A stretch of DNA of 64,000 nucleotides. Origin: Octopus vulgaris (taxonomy: Eukaryota). The DNA lies in contig OX597819.1 in NCBI GenBank assembly GCA_951406725.2, positions 80,042,001-80,106,000 on the forward strand, written 5' to 3'. Shown here piece after piece: positions 1 through 13,085 of this stretch. The stretch's first letter is position 1; every line of letters begins with the position of its first letter. The notes beneath the pieces were generated by a model. That model did no database searches, was not told where the DNA came from, and worked only from the letters and a program-made list of their open reading frames with translations. The translations under genes were made by a program, and so were the position numbers.

Positions 1-633
1 GATTCGTGTGACGCCAAAAATATATACTACTTTTCAAATGAAGCTATTAGTCGAGATGAAAGGATCCTGTAGCCAAAATATTAATCGGAAATGTCATTTG
101 GAAACACTATTATAATTAGAAAACTCTCATGGAAGCCATTTTACGGGCGTCGCCATTTCTATTATAGTTTTCTCTAACGACGTTTGTTTGTGTATGTATT
201 TATTTTTGTATCCGCTATTTATACAGCCATCTTGTTTCTTCGCTTTGCTAGAGCAGACGATAGAAATTTTTCGAATATTTGTATACTTGTTAGTTTCAGT
301 CGTTGTTTGTTGGTACTTTTTTCGAGCAGTTGTTATTGTTCGTGAAATTGTCTGCGTTTCATGCTACAATCGTTTGTTTTGTCTTTCATTTGCTGTTGTG
401 GTTTTTTGTTTGCGTTCTTTTGTTATTTGTTTTTGCTACTCTTCTTCTTTCGTTGTAATCACTGTGTGGATGTTGCTGTATCTCGTATGGTCATATTGTT
501 GTTATTTTTCGTCCATTGTTGCAGCCAAGGTATGTTGCCAACGTCCGTTCCTGATGTTGATGCGACTGTTGTTATTGTGATTATATTACTCAGCTTGTAT
601 TATACAAATGCACGCCCATAAAAACACAAACAT

Positions 634-778
634 ATTATATATATATGTGTGTGTGTGGGGGGGGGGTATACACATATATATATATATACGCACATGTATA
701 TATACATGCATATAAATGTGTGTATATATATATATATATATATATTTATACGTGTATGTACGCATATATGTATATGCA

Positions 779-840
<62 letters not shown>

Positions 841-916
841 CACATACTCACGCATATATAAATATGCATAAGTATACACACATGTACATACAACTGATTG
901 TCAATGCCTACGTATG

Positions 917-980
<64 letters not shown>

Positions 981-985
981 TAGGC
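634..985. repeat. Compound (TA)n/(TG)n/(CA)n microsatellite tract
   Basis: Dinucleotide runs seen directly; the overlapping YIYI/HTHT ORFs are artefacts. Confidence 0.95.
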
Positions 986-1181
986 ATATACACAAACGCA
1001 AAGATTCGTTCACACAGTTACACATATACACATGCAATTTTATGTAACCCCATTTCTGTCGTTCTGTCAATCTCGTTTTGTATCAATTTACATTTTATTA
1101 CAATGCCTTTTAATATTGCTTATATGTTAGTTTTTTTTTTGCTATTTTATATATTTTTGCCTTCTAGTCAACTGAAGAATC

Positions 1182-1182
<1 letters not shown>

Positions 1183-1230
<48 letters not shown>

Positions 1231-1530
1231 ATTTTTATTACCATCATCATCATCATCATCATCATCACCTTCAGCATCATCTTCAGCATCATTATCGTCA
1301 TAGTCATCCTCGTGTTGGTGGTGGTGGGGATGGTCGTCGTCGTCGTCCTCCTCTTCGTCCTCCTCCTCCTCGTTCTCATCATCATCATCATCACTGTTGT
1401 TTTTTTATTGCTTTCGTTGATGCTGCTGCTGTTATTATTTTTATTATCCTTCATCGTAATTAATTTTGCTGTTGTTATTTTTATTACTGTTTTCGTTATA
1501 GTCATTATTATTTTTTCGATATATTATCAT
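1183..1530. repeat. Compound trinucleotide tract (ATT)n/(CAT)n/(GTC)n/(CTC)n
   Basis: Direct observation. Confidence 0.9.
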
Positions 1531-1536
1531 TATGTT

Positions 1537-1780
1537 GAGGCGACGAGCTGGAAGAATCGTTAGCACAGCATACAAAATGCTTCGCAGTATTTCATATATA
1601 TCTTTACGTTGCAAGTTCAATGTCACTCTTAGCGCGGCAAAGCCTCACATTTCTGGTACTTTGCTTTACATTCTTTCAATGAGATATGTACCACTTAAAT
1701 ATTATGTTCGACGTAAACAAGCAGACCCCACCGACCAAATTTCAGGCACGGTTTCTCGAATAGAAAGGATTATCATTATG
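1537..1780 (+). mobile_element. tRNA-derived SINE family A (octopus OR/OK-type), degenerate copy
   Basis: Head GGCGACGAGCTGGAAGAATCGTTAGCAC matches better copies at 39766 and 41513; degenerate B-box AAGTTCAA. Confidence 0.7.
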
Positions 1781-2149
1781 TTAATATTGTTGTGGTTGCT
1801 CTATTCTTTAACTGACAAAATTGTCAAGTCTCATCATCATCATAGTCTGTGTTGGACGTACATCATCACATCTTGTTCAAAAGTCGTTTACTGTTCTGAA
1901 TATTTGTTAAAGCTACTACTTCACTAATTAAAGAGAGCAGCTTCTAAATTGTGCACTAAATGGCACAGTTATTATAGTAATATTATTGTTCCCGTCTTTT
2001 CCTTTTTCTGATGGAATCATAGTGTCATTTATCCGAAGTCTAGAAGCAAAAGGTTACACCCAGGTGGAACTCGCAATTTCGGCTGATTAATCTCGAGATT
2101 GCCCCAATCTGGCCAGCCCCGAGGAAAAACTAAGCTAAGAGCATTAGAT

Positions 2150-2482
2150 TTCTTGGAAGGAAAAGGTTACACCCACGTGGAAATGTAGGTGGAATGAGAT
2201 CGTGTGGCCAAAGTAAGGCAGTTCGGTAGCATGGAAGTTTTCTTCAAGAGTGAATTCCCGCTGTGAAACACTATAGTTATCATGGAAGACAGGGAACTTA
2301 GATTATGCCCAGCATATTTAGAAAGACGGAGTCGTTGCATTAAGATAGGAAGAGCTCCACCTGGGCTGGACATCTGGTGACTGTTAGTCTGTGTTGCTTT
2401 AGAAGGCAGTGATACAATCCTCCACGTAAAAGGAACGGAGCGGGAAGTTTGTTTTGGAACCACATTGGAATCTATTAAGTAG
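2150..2482 (+). pseudogene. Degenerate L1/Tx1-type LINE ORF1 fragment
   Basis: One + frame with stops reads RQFGSMEVFFKSE...LCPAYLERRSRCIKIGRAPPGLD, resembling Tx1-clade ORF1 N-terminal regions; similarity recalled, not computed. Confidence 0.45.
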
Positions 2483-2934
2483 ATATACATTGTCGTCTAT
2501 GAATTTTAGATATAAGATGAAGAAACTGTCACTTAAAGACCAATATTAAAGGAAACTATCATTTATGTAAAATGAGAGATAATTTCTAACTTTATGGTAT
2601 AAAATCTTTTTACCTGGTTAAATAATTCCCTATACATTTGCATACACATGGTAATTCGTCGGATGATGAAAGGCTATGAAAAAAGAACTTAAATAGTGCC
2701 TTGATCGACTACAGGAATATTTTTGGATTCGATCCCAATTAACAAAATGTTGTAGCACATCGATTTGAAATCACATTGAGTTTTATTAAAACAAACAATG
2801 AAGAAATGTTCCAAGAAAAACAATTTTTAAGATCATCAACAACACCATAACTGTATCTTAGTAATATCTACTGAGATACACATATGCAATAATAATCCTG
2901 GTATTAAGTTTATCCTAATTTTGTCATCCCTAAG

Positions 2935-3385
2935 TTCATCCTCATCATCGTCGTCGTCGTTTCGCGTCCGCTTTCCATGCTGGCATGGATTGGACGGTTT
3001 GACATGGAGCTGGCTAGCAGGGAGCTGTCTAAAGTCCAATTGTCTGTTGTGGCATGGTTTTTACGGTTGGAGGCCCGTCCTACCACCAGCCACTTAACAG
3101 AGTGTGCTGGGTGCGCTTTACGTGCCACTGGCATGGGTGCATCAACGCGGCATCAGTACAGGTGCTTTTTATATGGTACCAACACCTGAAAGGACAAGCC
3201 TGTAGGTGTGGACGACAGCGACTTTACTTAGCTTGTGCAGCCAATCACCACATCTCTCAGTCCCTTGTCATTTCCTCAGTGAAGCCTAGCGTCCGAAGAT
3301 CCTTTCTCATCACTTCGTCTCGTCCCTCCCACAATTACCCTTACAATTAGAGCTCGGCACTTCTTCACGCAGCTTTCCTCATTAA
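2935..3385 (-). mobile_element. RTE-clade LINE 3' end (ORF C-terminus, 3'UTR and (GAT/GAC)n tail)
   Basis: Minus strand reads EESCVKKCRAL...DEVMRKDLRTLGFTEEMTRD*EMW, then ends CCATGCCAGCATGGAAAGCGGACGCGAAACGACGACGATGATGAG. Confidence 0.75.
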
Positions 3386-3764
3386 GTAGGTTAATAAAAA
3401 GCAACTTTGAAGTACTCCGTGGAAACAGAGGGATATCTAGCCTCATGCATTATCTTCCATTTATAGAAGACAAAAGTTGTATATTGTGAAGTTTCGAGCT
3501 CGAGAGCCACCTCAATATTGTCATGGAATTTACAATCATTTATATGTTATTATTTGAAATGGATAAATGCAGGAAACTAATATTGACATAGGAAATCCTA
3601 ACCCGTAGAGCAGATGATTTTGGAACTTTTAAGACAGTTAGTAATTCAGGAGTTGGATAATATAGCAATATACAAATAACTGAGAAAAGATGAGTATAAA
3701 GAATGTGGATAAAATTTGTCGAAAGTAAAATATAAAACAGATACTGCGGCAGCGAAAAAGAAAT

Positions 3765-3985
3765 AATAATATTGGTTTCAAATTTTGGCAAAAGGCGAGC
3801 AATTTCGGAGGAAGGAGACTAGTAGTCGATTACATAGACGCAAGTGTTCAACTAGTACCTATTTTATTGACCACGAAAGGACGAAAGGCAAAATCGATCC
3901 GGCAGAAATTGAACTCGAAAAGCATTGGTATTAGTGGCACTTGGTCGGTTACGACGACGAGTGTTCCAGTTGATCCGATCAATAG
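3765..3985 (-). mobile_element. SINE family A copy
   Basis: Reverse complement contains GAGTTCAATTTCTGCC and GCCTTTCGTCCTTTCGTGGTCAATAAAATAGGTAC. Confidence 0.75.
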
Positions 3986-3994
3986 AACAGCCTG

Positions 3995-4211
3995 AGTGAA
4001 ACACCCATACGCGGCTCCGGCAGAAGGTAATGGCGAACTTCTGCTGACTCTTTCGCCACAACTTTCTCTCACTCTTTCCTCCTGCATCTTGCAGCTCACT
4101 TGCGACGGACCGGCGTCCTGTCTAAGGTGGGGAACCTATACACCAAGGAAACCGGGATAACCGGCCCCTTATGAGCCAGGCGTGGCTCGAGAAGGAACAA
4201 ACCACAACAAC
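3995..4211 (+). mobile_element. Retroposon 3' fragment with (CAA)n tail (SINE or LINE 3' end)
   Basis: GC-balanced island ending GGCTCGAGAAGGAACAAACCACAACAAC, then microsatellite. Confidence 0.5.
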
Positions 4212-6205
4212 ATGCGTGTATATATATAAACATGCATGTATATGCGTGTACATATGTGTCGGTATGTATATAAATATGTATATATACACAAACACATATG
4301 TATACATATAAATACATATTTGCACAGAAATAGAGGAGTACTGTAAAATACGATAATGATTTCAATTTTTGGCGCAATGCCTGCAACAAAGTACAATAAC
4401 AAAAGCATGATATAATTGAAAGATATAAAACATGGCAGATTACTGGTAAAGATTAGTTAGAGCAATTTACAAGTCTGTTCGTTTAACTATTTCCCAAGTA
4501 TGTGCAAGCGCAACCGAATGTATCATTAAACACTTTTAAGGATAAACAGCAATGATTTGAGGATATTTTTTTTACTTTGTGGTTTAATGTTTTAGTATTA
4601 ATCTTGCTGAGACTTAGCGTGTGCTTTTGTGTCCATTGTGAAATTAACTGAGTTTTTTTGCCATTATATCTTCTTCGGAAAGTCCGTGGCCCCATAAATG
4701 CATTATTTTATTTATTACCTATTTGTTCACTTTCCGAAGAGTGGTGAATTTTAGTTCATCTTCATTCTTTTCGTTTTCTTTTTCGTTATTTTACTAACAA
4801 GGAGTTTCGCTGTCGTTTGGAAGAAATTCTCCCTACCTGTTTCCGTTGTTTTATGTTGAGTGTTTTCTCCCCGCGTAATTTGTGTCCTCTACATTTTTAT
4901 TTTCGTATTTTCACCGACAGTTTGAGGCTTTCTGTCTCTGCGAACGCTTTTCACTTTTCGTTGGTTTTCTTTCGTTTTCTTTTAACAGTTTGTGAAAAGA
5001 ATAAACAACAGTCCAGAGAAATTCTACGTGATATAGAAACACATCCTTATAATTGGTTAGAGCAGTTCACTTGCTACTTGCACGTAAATTTAGCTATGAA
5101 TGAACGATACTCAGTAATAACCAGTGTAATAAAATGTGTGCAAGTGTATTTCATAAAGATTTCAAATGCAACCAAATTGGTACTCATTTTAATGGTTAAT
5201 TAGAAATAATGAAAGGAAATATTGTATTTGAAAACAATGATTGAGAATAGATAACGCTTGAAAATAGGAGAGGGGATAAAAAAAAGGGGTATAACTGAGG
5301 TATTGCTAGATGAAAACTGAAGAAAATATTGATTGTTTGGTAAGGAAAAGTAATTAGGATATAGATAGGGATCAATTAATCAAGGTCAAAGAAAGCGCAG
5401 TAAATTGAGGAGAGGGGTCTAAATTTTTTCGAAGAATTTTACTATACAAAATTTACAAGGTACACACATGAAGTTAAATATCACACTTCTTCCCTAATGT
5501 ATCATCAAATGCTCATAAGGCAGGCAACCGGATATCTGAAAAGTCAATGATATGTTTGTACGTAATCATATACTGCAGCAAGTAACTGTGGTGTCTCTAT
5601 GGGGTTTCACAAATAGGATTCAATGATTTTAAAGATTAAATGCATAAATACTTGAATATAAAACTTTCGCAAAGTAAAATCCTGACTCAGCAGTTGATTA
5701 AATATTAGGTAAAATAAGATGCCTCACTTCATCGTCTGCAACTCATTAACACACTCTGTGAAACTGTACAACTGTAAATCTGTTCAGATTGCTAGGATGT
5801 CCAGTCGCTGCAACACGGTGTCAGCTCTACAACATATAGCTGTAATAATCAATTTAGAAAATTTCTATGGGCACAAAAGTTTGAAAGTTAAATGCATAGA
5901 TGAGAGAAATCAGAAAACTTCTCTGTCACACATAAATTGCAGTTACTGCCGTGTCTGTTTTATATTTTCTCCCTTGCAGTTATGCTCAAATTTATTGTAG
6001 CTTATTTTTAGCTTCTGTTCTTTAGATCCCAAATGCATTTTGACGTAGAAGTGACGATGCTTTCGCTTCTAATCTTGATCGAATTGAGGTGTGGGTGTAT
6101 CGGCTAAGGTTTCTGTGAACCCGACACATGTCATTTCTCTACTATGAATAGCTTCTACATCAGGTCTACACATAAGCTCCTTCACTTAATATTAAAGGAA
6201 CGATT

Positions 6206-6420
6206 AAGGCGTCGAGCTGAAAGAATTGTTAGCATGCTGGAAGAAATGCTTAGCGGTATATTACCCGTCACTACGTTCTGAGTTCAAATTCCGCCGAGGT
6301 TGACTTTACCTTTCATCCTTTCGGGGTCGATAAAATATGTATCAGTTGAACACCGGGGTCGATCTAATTGAGTCATCTCCTCCTAAAAAATTGCTGCCCT
6401 TGCGGCAAAATTTGAAACGA
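6206..6420 (+). mobile_element. SINE family A copy
   Basis: A-box-like head, B-box GAGTTCAAATTCC, body CCTTTCATCCTTTCGGGGTCGATAAAA. Confidence 0.9.
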
Positions 6421-6546
6421 CTAATTATATTTCACATATAATAGTTGCTACAGTAGTTGCGATATGTGTGCAAATCTGAACCTAAGACTCTTTCATTATT
6501 TGTCAATATTTTAAACAGTAGTTTCAAATAAGACGAAAATCCATGT

Positions 6547-6745
6547 TGATTTCAAATTTTGACACAACTCCAGCAAAACGGGTAGGTCGATTACATCGAT
6601 CCCAATGCTCAACTGGTACTTATTTTATCGAACTCGAAAAGATGAAAAGCAAAGTCGATCTCGGCGAAATTTGAACTGAGAAAGTAAAGACAGGCGAAAT
6701 GCCTCTAAGCATTTTGCCGGTGTGCTAACTAACGATTTAGCCATC
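6547..6745 (-). mobile_element. SINE family A copy, inverted relative to the 6206 copy
   Basis: Reverse-complement match to family A body and B-box. Confidence 0.85.
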
Positions 6746-7489
6746 TTGTATTATTAACAAAAATTCATATGAAATACATTTCTGTTCCGACTATTTAGAA
6801 AACTGAAAATTGAACAAACAGTGCAAGACATATAGCCTAGTTATCATGCTCTAATCGAATTATCATAGCCTCCACACACCGATTGAGTGTATGAAATATG
6901 TCCTCAGTGCATAATGAATCTTATGTTGTAAAGTTTTACCGACCAGCTGAGCAGATGAGATACGTACCGGTGAGGAAAAGTGAAAAACTCTTCTTCAGGA
7001 ATTTGATAAGCACAAATAAAAGAAAATAATGTCATCTTACTTGGTGTAATTCCTTTGACAACCTGACTCGAGCCTTTCACTGAAAGAGTTATGTTTACGT
7101 GTTTAATGTCCAAACTTTTAAACTCATACTATATATTATAATTAGAGAATCACAATTACATGTTGTGGAGCTAATCCCACGAATCTGCTTAAACGCTCTG
7201 TTACACCATTTGAACAAGTTGTTATTTTCTTCAAACGAACTATGCTCTGCAGTTTTATAGAACGGTTCAATTTTATGCAGATTATAAAGCGAAGCACCAA
7301 ATTTCACATAGAATTTGATAATGTAAAAGCATCAAAGAATGATGCTAGTTATCTATCTGAATTTACAGCTTGCGTAAGTAATCAGCGCCCAGCTTTAGCT
7401 CTTACGTTCTCATACTTTTGTACTCAAGTGCTTATACACTAACTATTCCGAATAATTTAGCGATTTATTTGCTCAGCAACTTCACTTAA

Positions 7490-7702
7490 CCTTTCACTCA
7501 TCTGTGGAAGTGAGTTACAGCATCACTGGTGCCAAGCTGCATCGGCTTTTGCTTTTCCCTTGGATAACATCGGTGGCGTGGGGAAGGGAAGCTTGTATGC
7601 ATGGGTGACTGCTAGTCTTCCACAGACAACCTTGCCCAGACTCGTTCCTAGGAGGGATACTTTCTAGGTGTAATCCTATGTTCATTCGTCACCAAAAGGT
7701 CT
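7490..7702 (+). mobile_element. SINE family C, 3' part
   Basis: CACTGGTGCCAAGCTG...TTTCCCTTGGATAACATCGG...CTTTCTAGGTG matches the reverse complement of 12775-13085. Confidence 0.8.
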
Positions 7703-8719
7703 CTCTCTTTCTCTCTCCATCTCTCTCTCCAGTTACCCCTGGGTGCTTTATAGTCACAGAGCTTTTTTCTTGAAAGAATGGGGCTACTTTTTCATTGTAT
7801 TGCTGCAGTATGTTTTGAAAGTTGAGAGCAAGTTCAGGGTCCGTTTTCTAATAATTCTTAGTTTTATATCTCTTTCTGCTCTCCCTTATTTTATAAAAGT
7901 ATTTGAGTTCGTCCTTTAGGCGGTTTGACACCTTTGTTCTTTGTCACAAATTTTTTCTGCTACTAGAAAGTATATGCTGGCCTTTCGCTCTTGAACAAAA
8001 TTACATTTGATGTTGTGGCTTACATTATTGATATAAATAGCTTACGATTTGTTTTAATGTTTTACATAAAGAGAATTTCACGTTAATTCTTTTAAATCAA
8101 TTTTATGAATGTTCAGGCTAACTAGATTTTGAGTGCAACTTATAGAATGCATATCTATGTTTCTTTTTGGATTGAGCATGGTTAATTTTACTACATGAGG
8201 TCAAAGAAAATCGTTGGCATCACATGTATATTATGGATGAGTTCCGTGATATTTCCGAGAAAAAGGAATAAAGTCCTACGCTTCCTGGTTGAGTGAAAGT
8301 ATTATTCCAACATCAATTTGTTTATTCATGTTGTGGCATAACTGAGAAAACAACCATCTAGACATTTAAGAGGGGGAGGTCAACTCCCACAAGAAATTCA
8401 GTGAGATATGTCGAGCTAGATTGCTAAACACTTCTATAGCTCGAAGGTATCTTAGATTTTACTATCATGGTTTGTAACATCTGGTGAACGATGTATTACT
8501 CAAATGACTACAGTTAGTTGCTATATATGAATCCATATCAATAAAAGGCATATGCATGATTTTATCTCAGTTTGAATTGGAAGTTCATGTATTAGTTTTG
8601 CACTACAATAGCTGAAATATCGTAGAGGGGTACACATCTTCAAGGAAACTGTTGTAGATTACTCAATTTTTTTCAGATACGTTCTTTTAAACCGGACAGG
8701 CCGGGCACTGCTACCTCAG

Positions 8720-8721
8720 TA

Positions 8722-8820
<99 letters not shown>

Positions 8821-8886
8821 TTGTCTGTCTATCTATCTGTATATCTATATATCTATCTATCTAGCTATCTATCTATCAATCAATCA

Positions 8887-8933
<47 letters not shown>

Positions 8934-8934
8934 A

Positions 8935-8971
<37 letters not shown>

Positions 8972-9030
8972 ACTATCTATCTATCTCTCTCTCTCTCTCT
9001 ATATATATATATACATACACACACACACAA
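8720..9030. repeat. (TATC)n tetranucleotide microsatellite followed by (TC)n/(TA)n
   Basis: Direct observation. Confidence 0.97.
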
Positions 9031-9209
9031 TATATGTACATATAAGTATGTGTGTATGTATGTTGTGTACGCCTGTACATGTGTGTGTATATATGAGTGC
9101 GTGGTTTAGTACATACACTCAAAATAATCACATGTACACACACATGTATATTATATATTATTTTGTGAATATGTGCATGTGTACAAGTGCGCGAATGAGT
9201 ACAAGCATG

Positions 9210-9254
<45 letters not shown>

Positions 9255-9399
9255 CAAGTATCACGTGTATTTTACACAAATATATAATTCAATATTTGTT
9301 CATACCTAATGTTTTAAAAACACTTTACTTTGACACACACACCTGCTGATATACATATGTATTCATATCTGCACACAAACACATATATTCCCCCACACA

Positions 9400-9444
<45 letters not shown>

Positions 9445-9928
9445 TCTCACACACAATCAAAAACAGAAACATAAAGATGCATATATTAATTTTTGAAATA
9501 GCACTCAATTTAAATAAAACAAATAAAGAAGGCATTTGTTTACAGATGTTCTTGCTGTTGTTGTTTTCGTTGTTGTTATTGCTGTTATTGCTCTTTGCAT
9601 GTATGTTTATTAGTTTATTTTCTCGCATCCCATTCTAACACCATCATTCACCTACTCAGCCCGTAACTTGCTCAAAACATCTCCTCCACCCAACCGCCAG
9701 TAGAAAAAAAAATTATATATGTAATAAATTTCTTTTCAAGTTGTCTTTCGGAATTCGTCACTGAGGAAAAATTATGGAAGTGTATAAGTGCTATAAATTA
9801 TGGATTCTCTAAATACCTTTTCCTAAGAGCATTTTCTACGCTCTTTTTCCCACCCTCTATTGATTCTTCAGTCTTTCTCATTGTCTTTCCCTCTTTTTTC
9901 TATTCCCTTTCAACCTCGTTCGCCATAC

Positions 9929-9960
<32 letters not shown>

Positions 9961-10712
9961 ATATATATATGTATGTATGTATATATATGTGTGTGTGTGT
10001 GCGTGTGTGTGTATGTATGTATATATATATATACAAACCATCCATCCACCCATATATGCATACGTACATACGTGTATGTATATGTATGTATGGGCGTATG
10101 CGTATATATATGTTTGTGTATGTATACACATCAATACATTTTACCGTTTATTGAAATTTACATGTAAATACATAAATATTAATATTTTCAGTATGAGTAC
10201 GCAGTTATACATTCACGGTCGTACACACACATACATGTCCAAATACTCATACACACACGTATATACATCGAAGTATGCGTATATAAATCTATTATGTATA
10301 TACATATACATGCATACATACAGGCATACGCACACATACACAGACACAGACACACACATATGGAAGTATTAGAGATTTATATTGTTACATCCATATCAGC
10401 TGTCAACAACGTTAATATAAAAATAAGAGTATGTTTATCCATACTTTTTTGTGGTTTTGTCGCCTTTCGTTCTGATGTTTTGTTTTCATAGTTTTTCGTT
10501 CTTTTAACGCTTTTTTTTCTTCTTCTAATATACAGTGTTTATTCATATTTCACAAATACAAGGAATTCGAACTCTTAAATGTGTACAGATTTCGTATGTC
10601 TTATGTATATGGATATATGTTCTATGGATATATCATTGCCAATGGGCATGTGTGTCAGTGCCCATATATATATGTAAGCGTGTTTGCGGGTGTGTCTGTA
10701 TTTGAGAGACCA

Positions 10713-10772
<60 letters not shown>

Positions 10773-10962
10773 TGTGTGTAAGTGTGTGTATAAGAATATA
10801 TGGATATGTGTGTTTTTTCGTGTCATAGTTTTCAAATATATGCACAAAATTACGATGGAACTTTTATAAATAGAACTTTATGTGTGTGCATGCGTGTGCG
10901 TATATGCACATATATATCATATATATATATGTATGTAGTATATGTATTTCATACATACATAA

Positions 10963-11060
<98 letters not shown>

Positions 11061-11118
11061 AATATATATATATCTATATATATCTATATAAATATATATA
11101 TTCATATATATGTATGTA

Positions 11119-11165
<47 letters not shown>

Positions 11166-11228
11166 ACCCATATATATATATATGTGTATGTGTATATCTA
11201 TCTATATATCTATCTATCTATCTATCTA

Positions 11229-11269
<41 letters not shown>

Positions 11270-11874
11270 GCACGTTTACTCAGGGATAAGCGTAGTTACG
11301 TAATGAATTCCCTATTTTGTAGTACGCGTATATTGTTAGATCATATGTAAATGCATACTCACACACACACACACGCACACACACACACACACATACACAC
11401 ATATATATACGTACACACAAATACACTCATTCATCACTCACGCACATACATACATACAGAAATACACGCATACACATGTACACACATACGTAATGATGGA
11501 TAGACAGATGAACATAAAGATAGATGGATAACACACATATTTCTGTATCAATTTTTCCATATCGTAATTAAAAATATAAATTTTTCAGTTTTTCTATTCT
11601 CTTATTTATAGGCCCCATCAGTGAAGCACGTAGATATCAGTTACAAGCCGCTGACATAGATATATGAATATACATACATATATTCATACACGCGCATAAA
11701 TATCATTAAATATATTCATACGCACGTACATACATGTGTATATGCTCGCACACACACACACACACACACACACATGAACACATATATACATGATTGTGCA
11801 TATGAATGAATATATGTATATATAGATATGTATATGCATACGTGTATATGTGTGTGTGTCTGTATGTATAGATG

Positions 11875-11912
<38 letters not shown>

Positions 11913-12120
11913 CATGTATGTATAAATGTTTGCTATACATATAACCATACATACACACATATACAATATATATATACATATGTATATACATATGCATCTA
12001 TACATATATAAATACGTATATTATATAGATATATATATATATATATATATATAGCATGTATGTAGGCATGAATATATGTATCTATATATACATGTATGTG
12101 TGTGTGTGTACATCATACAC
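9030..12120. repeat. Low-complexity zone of interleaved (TA)n, (TG)n, (CA)n, (TATG)n tracts
   Basis: Direct observation; all ORFs here are dinucleotide translations. Confidence 0.9.
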
Positions 12121-12774
12121 GGATGTAAGATATACGATTTGATATTTAAGAGATTGCCTATGCTCTTCGCGGCAATGTTCGGGTCGTGATTTCATATATT
12201 CCTCTGCAATATCATGTTTTATCTTATGTGAGTATTAAATTAATAAACAAAGTTAAAGGCCAGTAATGTTAGAAACAAACACATCATCGAATGCCCACTG
12301 ATATACAAGGCTATTCATATTACTCAACATTAAAGCATATTTCACCCGTCCACAAGAAAATAATTGTACATATGTTAAAACAAATCATTTGCACAGTGTT
12401 TTTTGTTCGCGAGTTAATGAGGTAAGCATCTTCTATGTGGTAGCTTGGCCTGCTAAAAATGATACCCGATTTTCACTCATATTGCCACTTTGGAAATTAA
12501 ATGAAAAAATTCAAACGTGCAGGAATGGCTATTTTGGTAAGAAGATCACTTTGCAATCACATAACCATACAAGGTTAGTACGGTCACGCAATCCATGTGT
12601 AGGAAGTTAGTAAACTTCAAGCATTTATGCGGCTACAACAGATGAGAAAATGTAGATAATACACGATAAAGCATGTTTATTCATATCGTAAGTTGTACAT
12701 TTCTTACCATATTGAAGTTAAAAGGAATGTCAGTAAGCTGATGATCATCAAATATATATATATGTAATAAGATA

Positions 12775-13085
12775 AAGACCACCTTCATGAATGATCATGG
12801 GATACACCTAGAAAGTTTTCCTCCAAGTACAAGTCTGGGCATGGTTGTTTATGGAAGACCACCAGTCGCCCATGCAGTCTAACCTCCACCTCTCCACTCT
12901 ACCGATGTTATCCAAGGGAAAGATAAGGCTCGATACAGCTTGGCACCAGTGACGTCGTATCTTATTTTTACAGCTGAGTGAATTGGAGCAACGTGGAATA
13001 AAGTGTCTTGCTTAAGAAAACAACACAGAGCCCGGTCAGAGAATGATTGTGAGCCCACCTCTCTAGCCACTGAGCCATGCGCTCA
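12775..13085 (-). mobile_element. SINE family C, near full length
   Basis: Minus-strand head GCGCATGGCTCAGTGGCTAGAG (A-box), CORE-like TTCTTAAGCAAGACACTTTA, body shared with the 7490 copy. Confidence 0.8.

Noticed and set aside
586-1563. ORFs rich in YI, HT, CV, poly-L/I/S here and throughout the window
   Set aside because: Translations of stop-free microsatellites; no coding evidence
5719-7442. Short ORFs sharing SVKLYN on opposite strands (5719+ and 6904-)
   Set aside because: Match limited to a few codons with no extended nucleotide similarity; likely chance
7900-8660. Possible ancient LINE RT remnant on minus
   Set aside because: Only a vague QPGSVG resemblance; no YADD-like or other diagnostic motif recoverable
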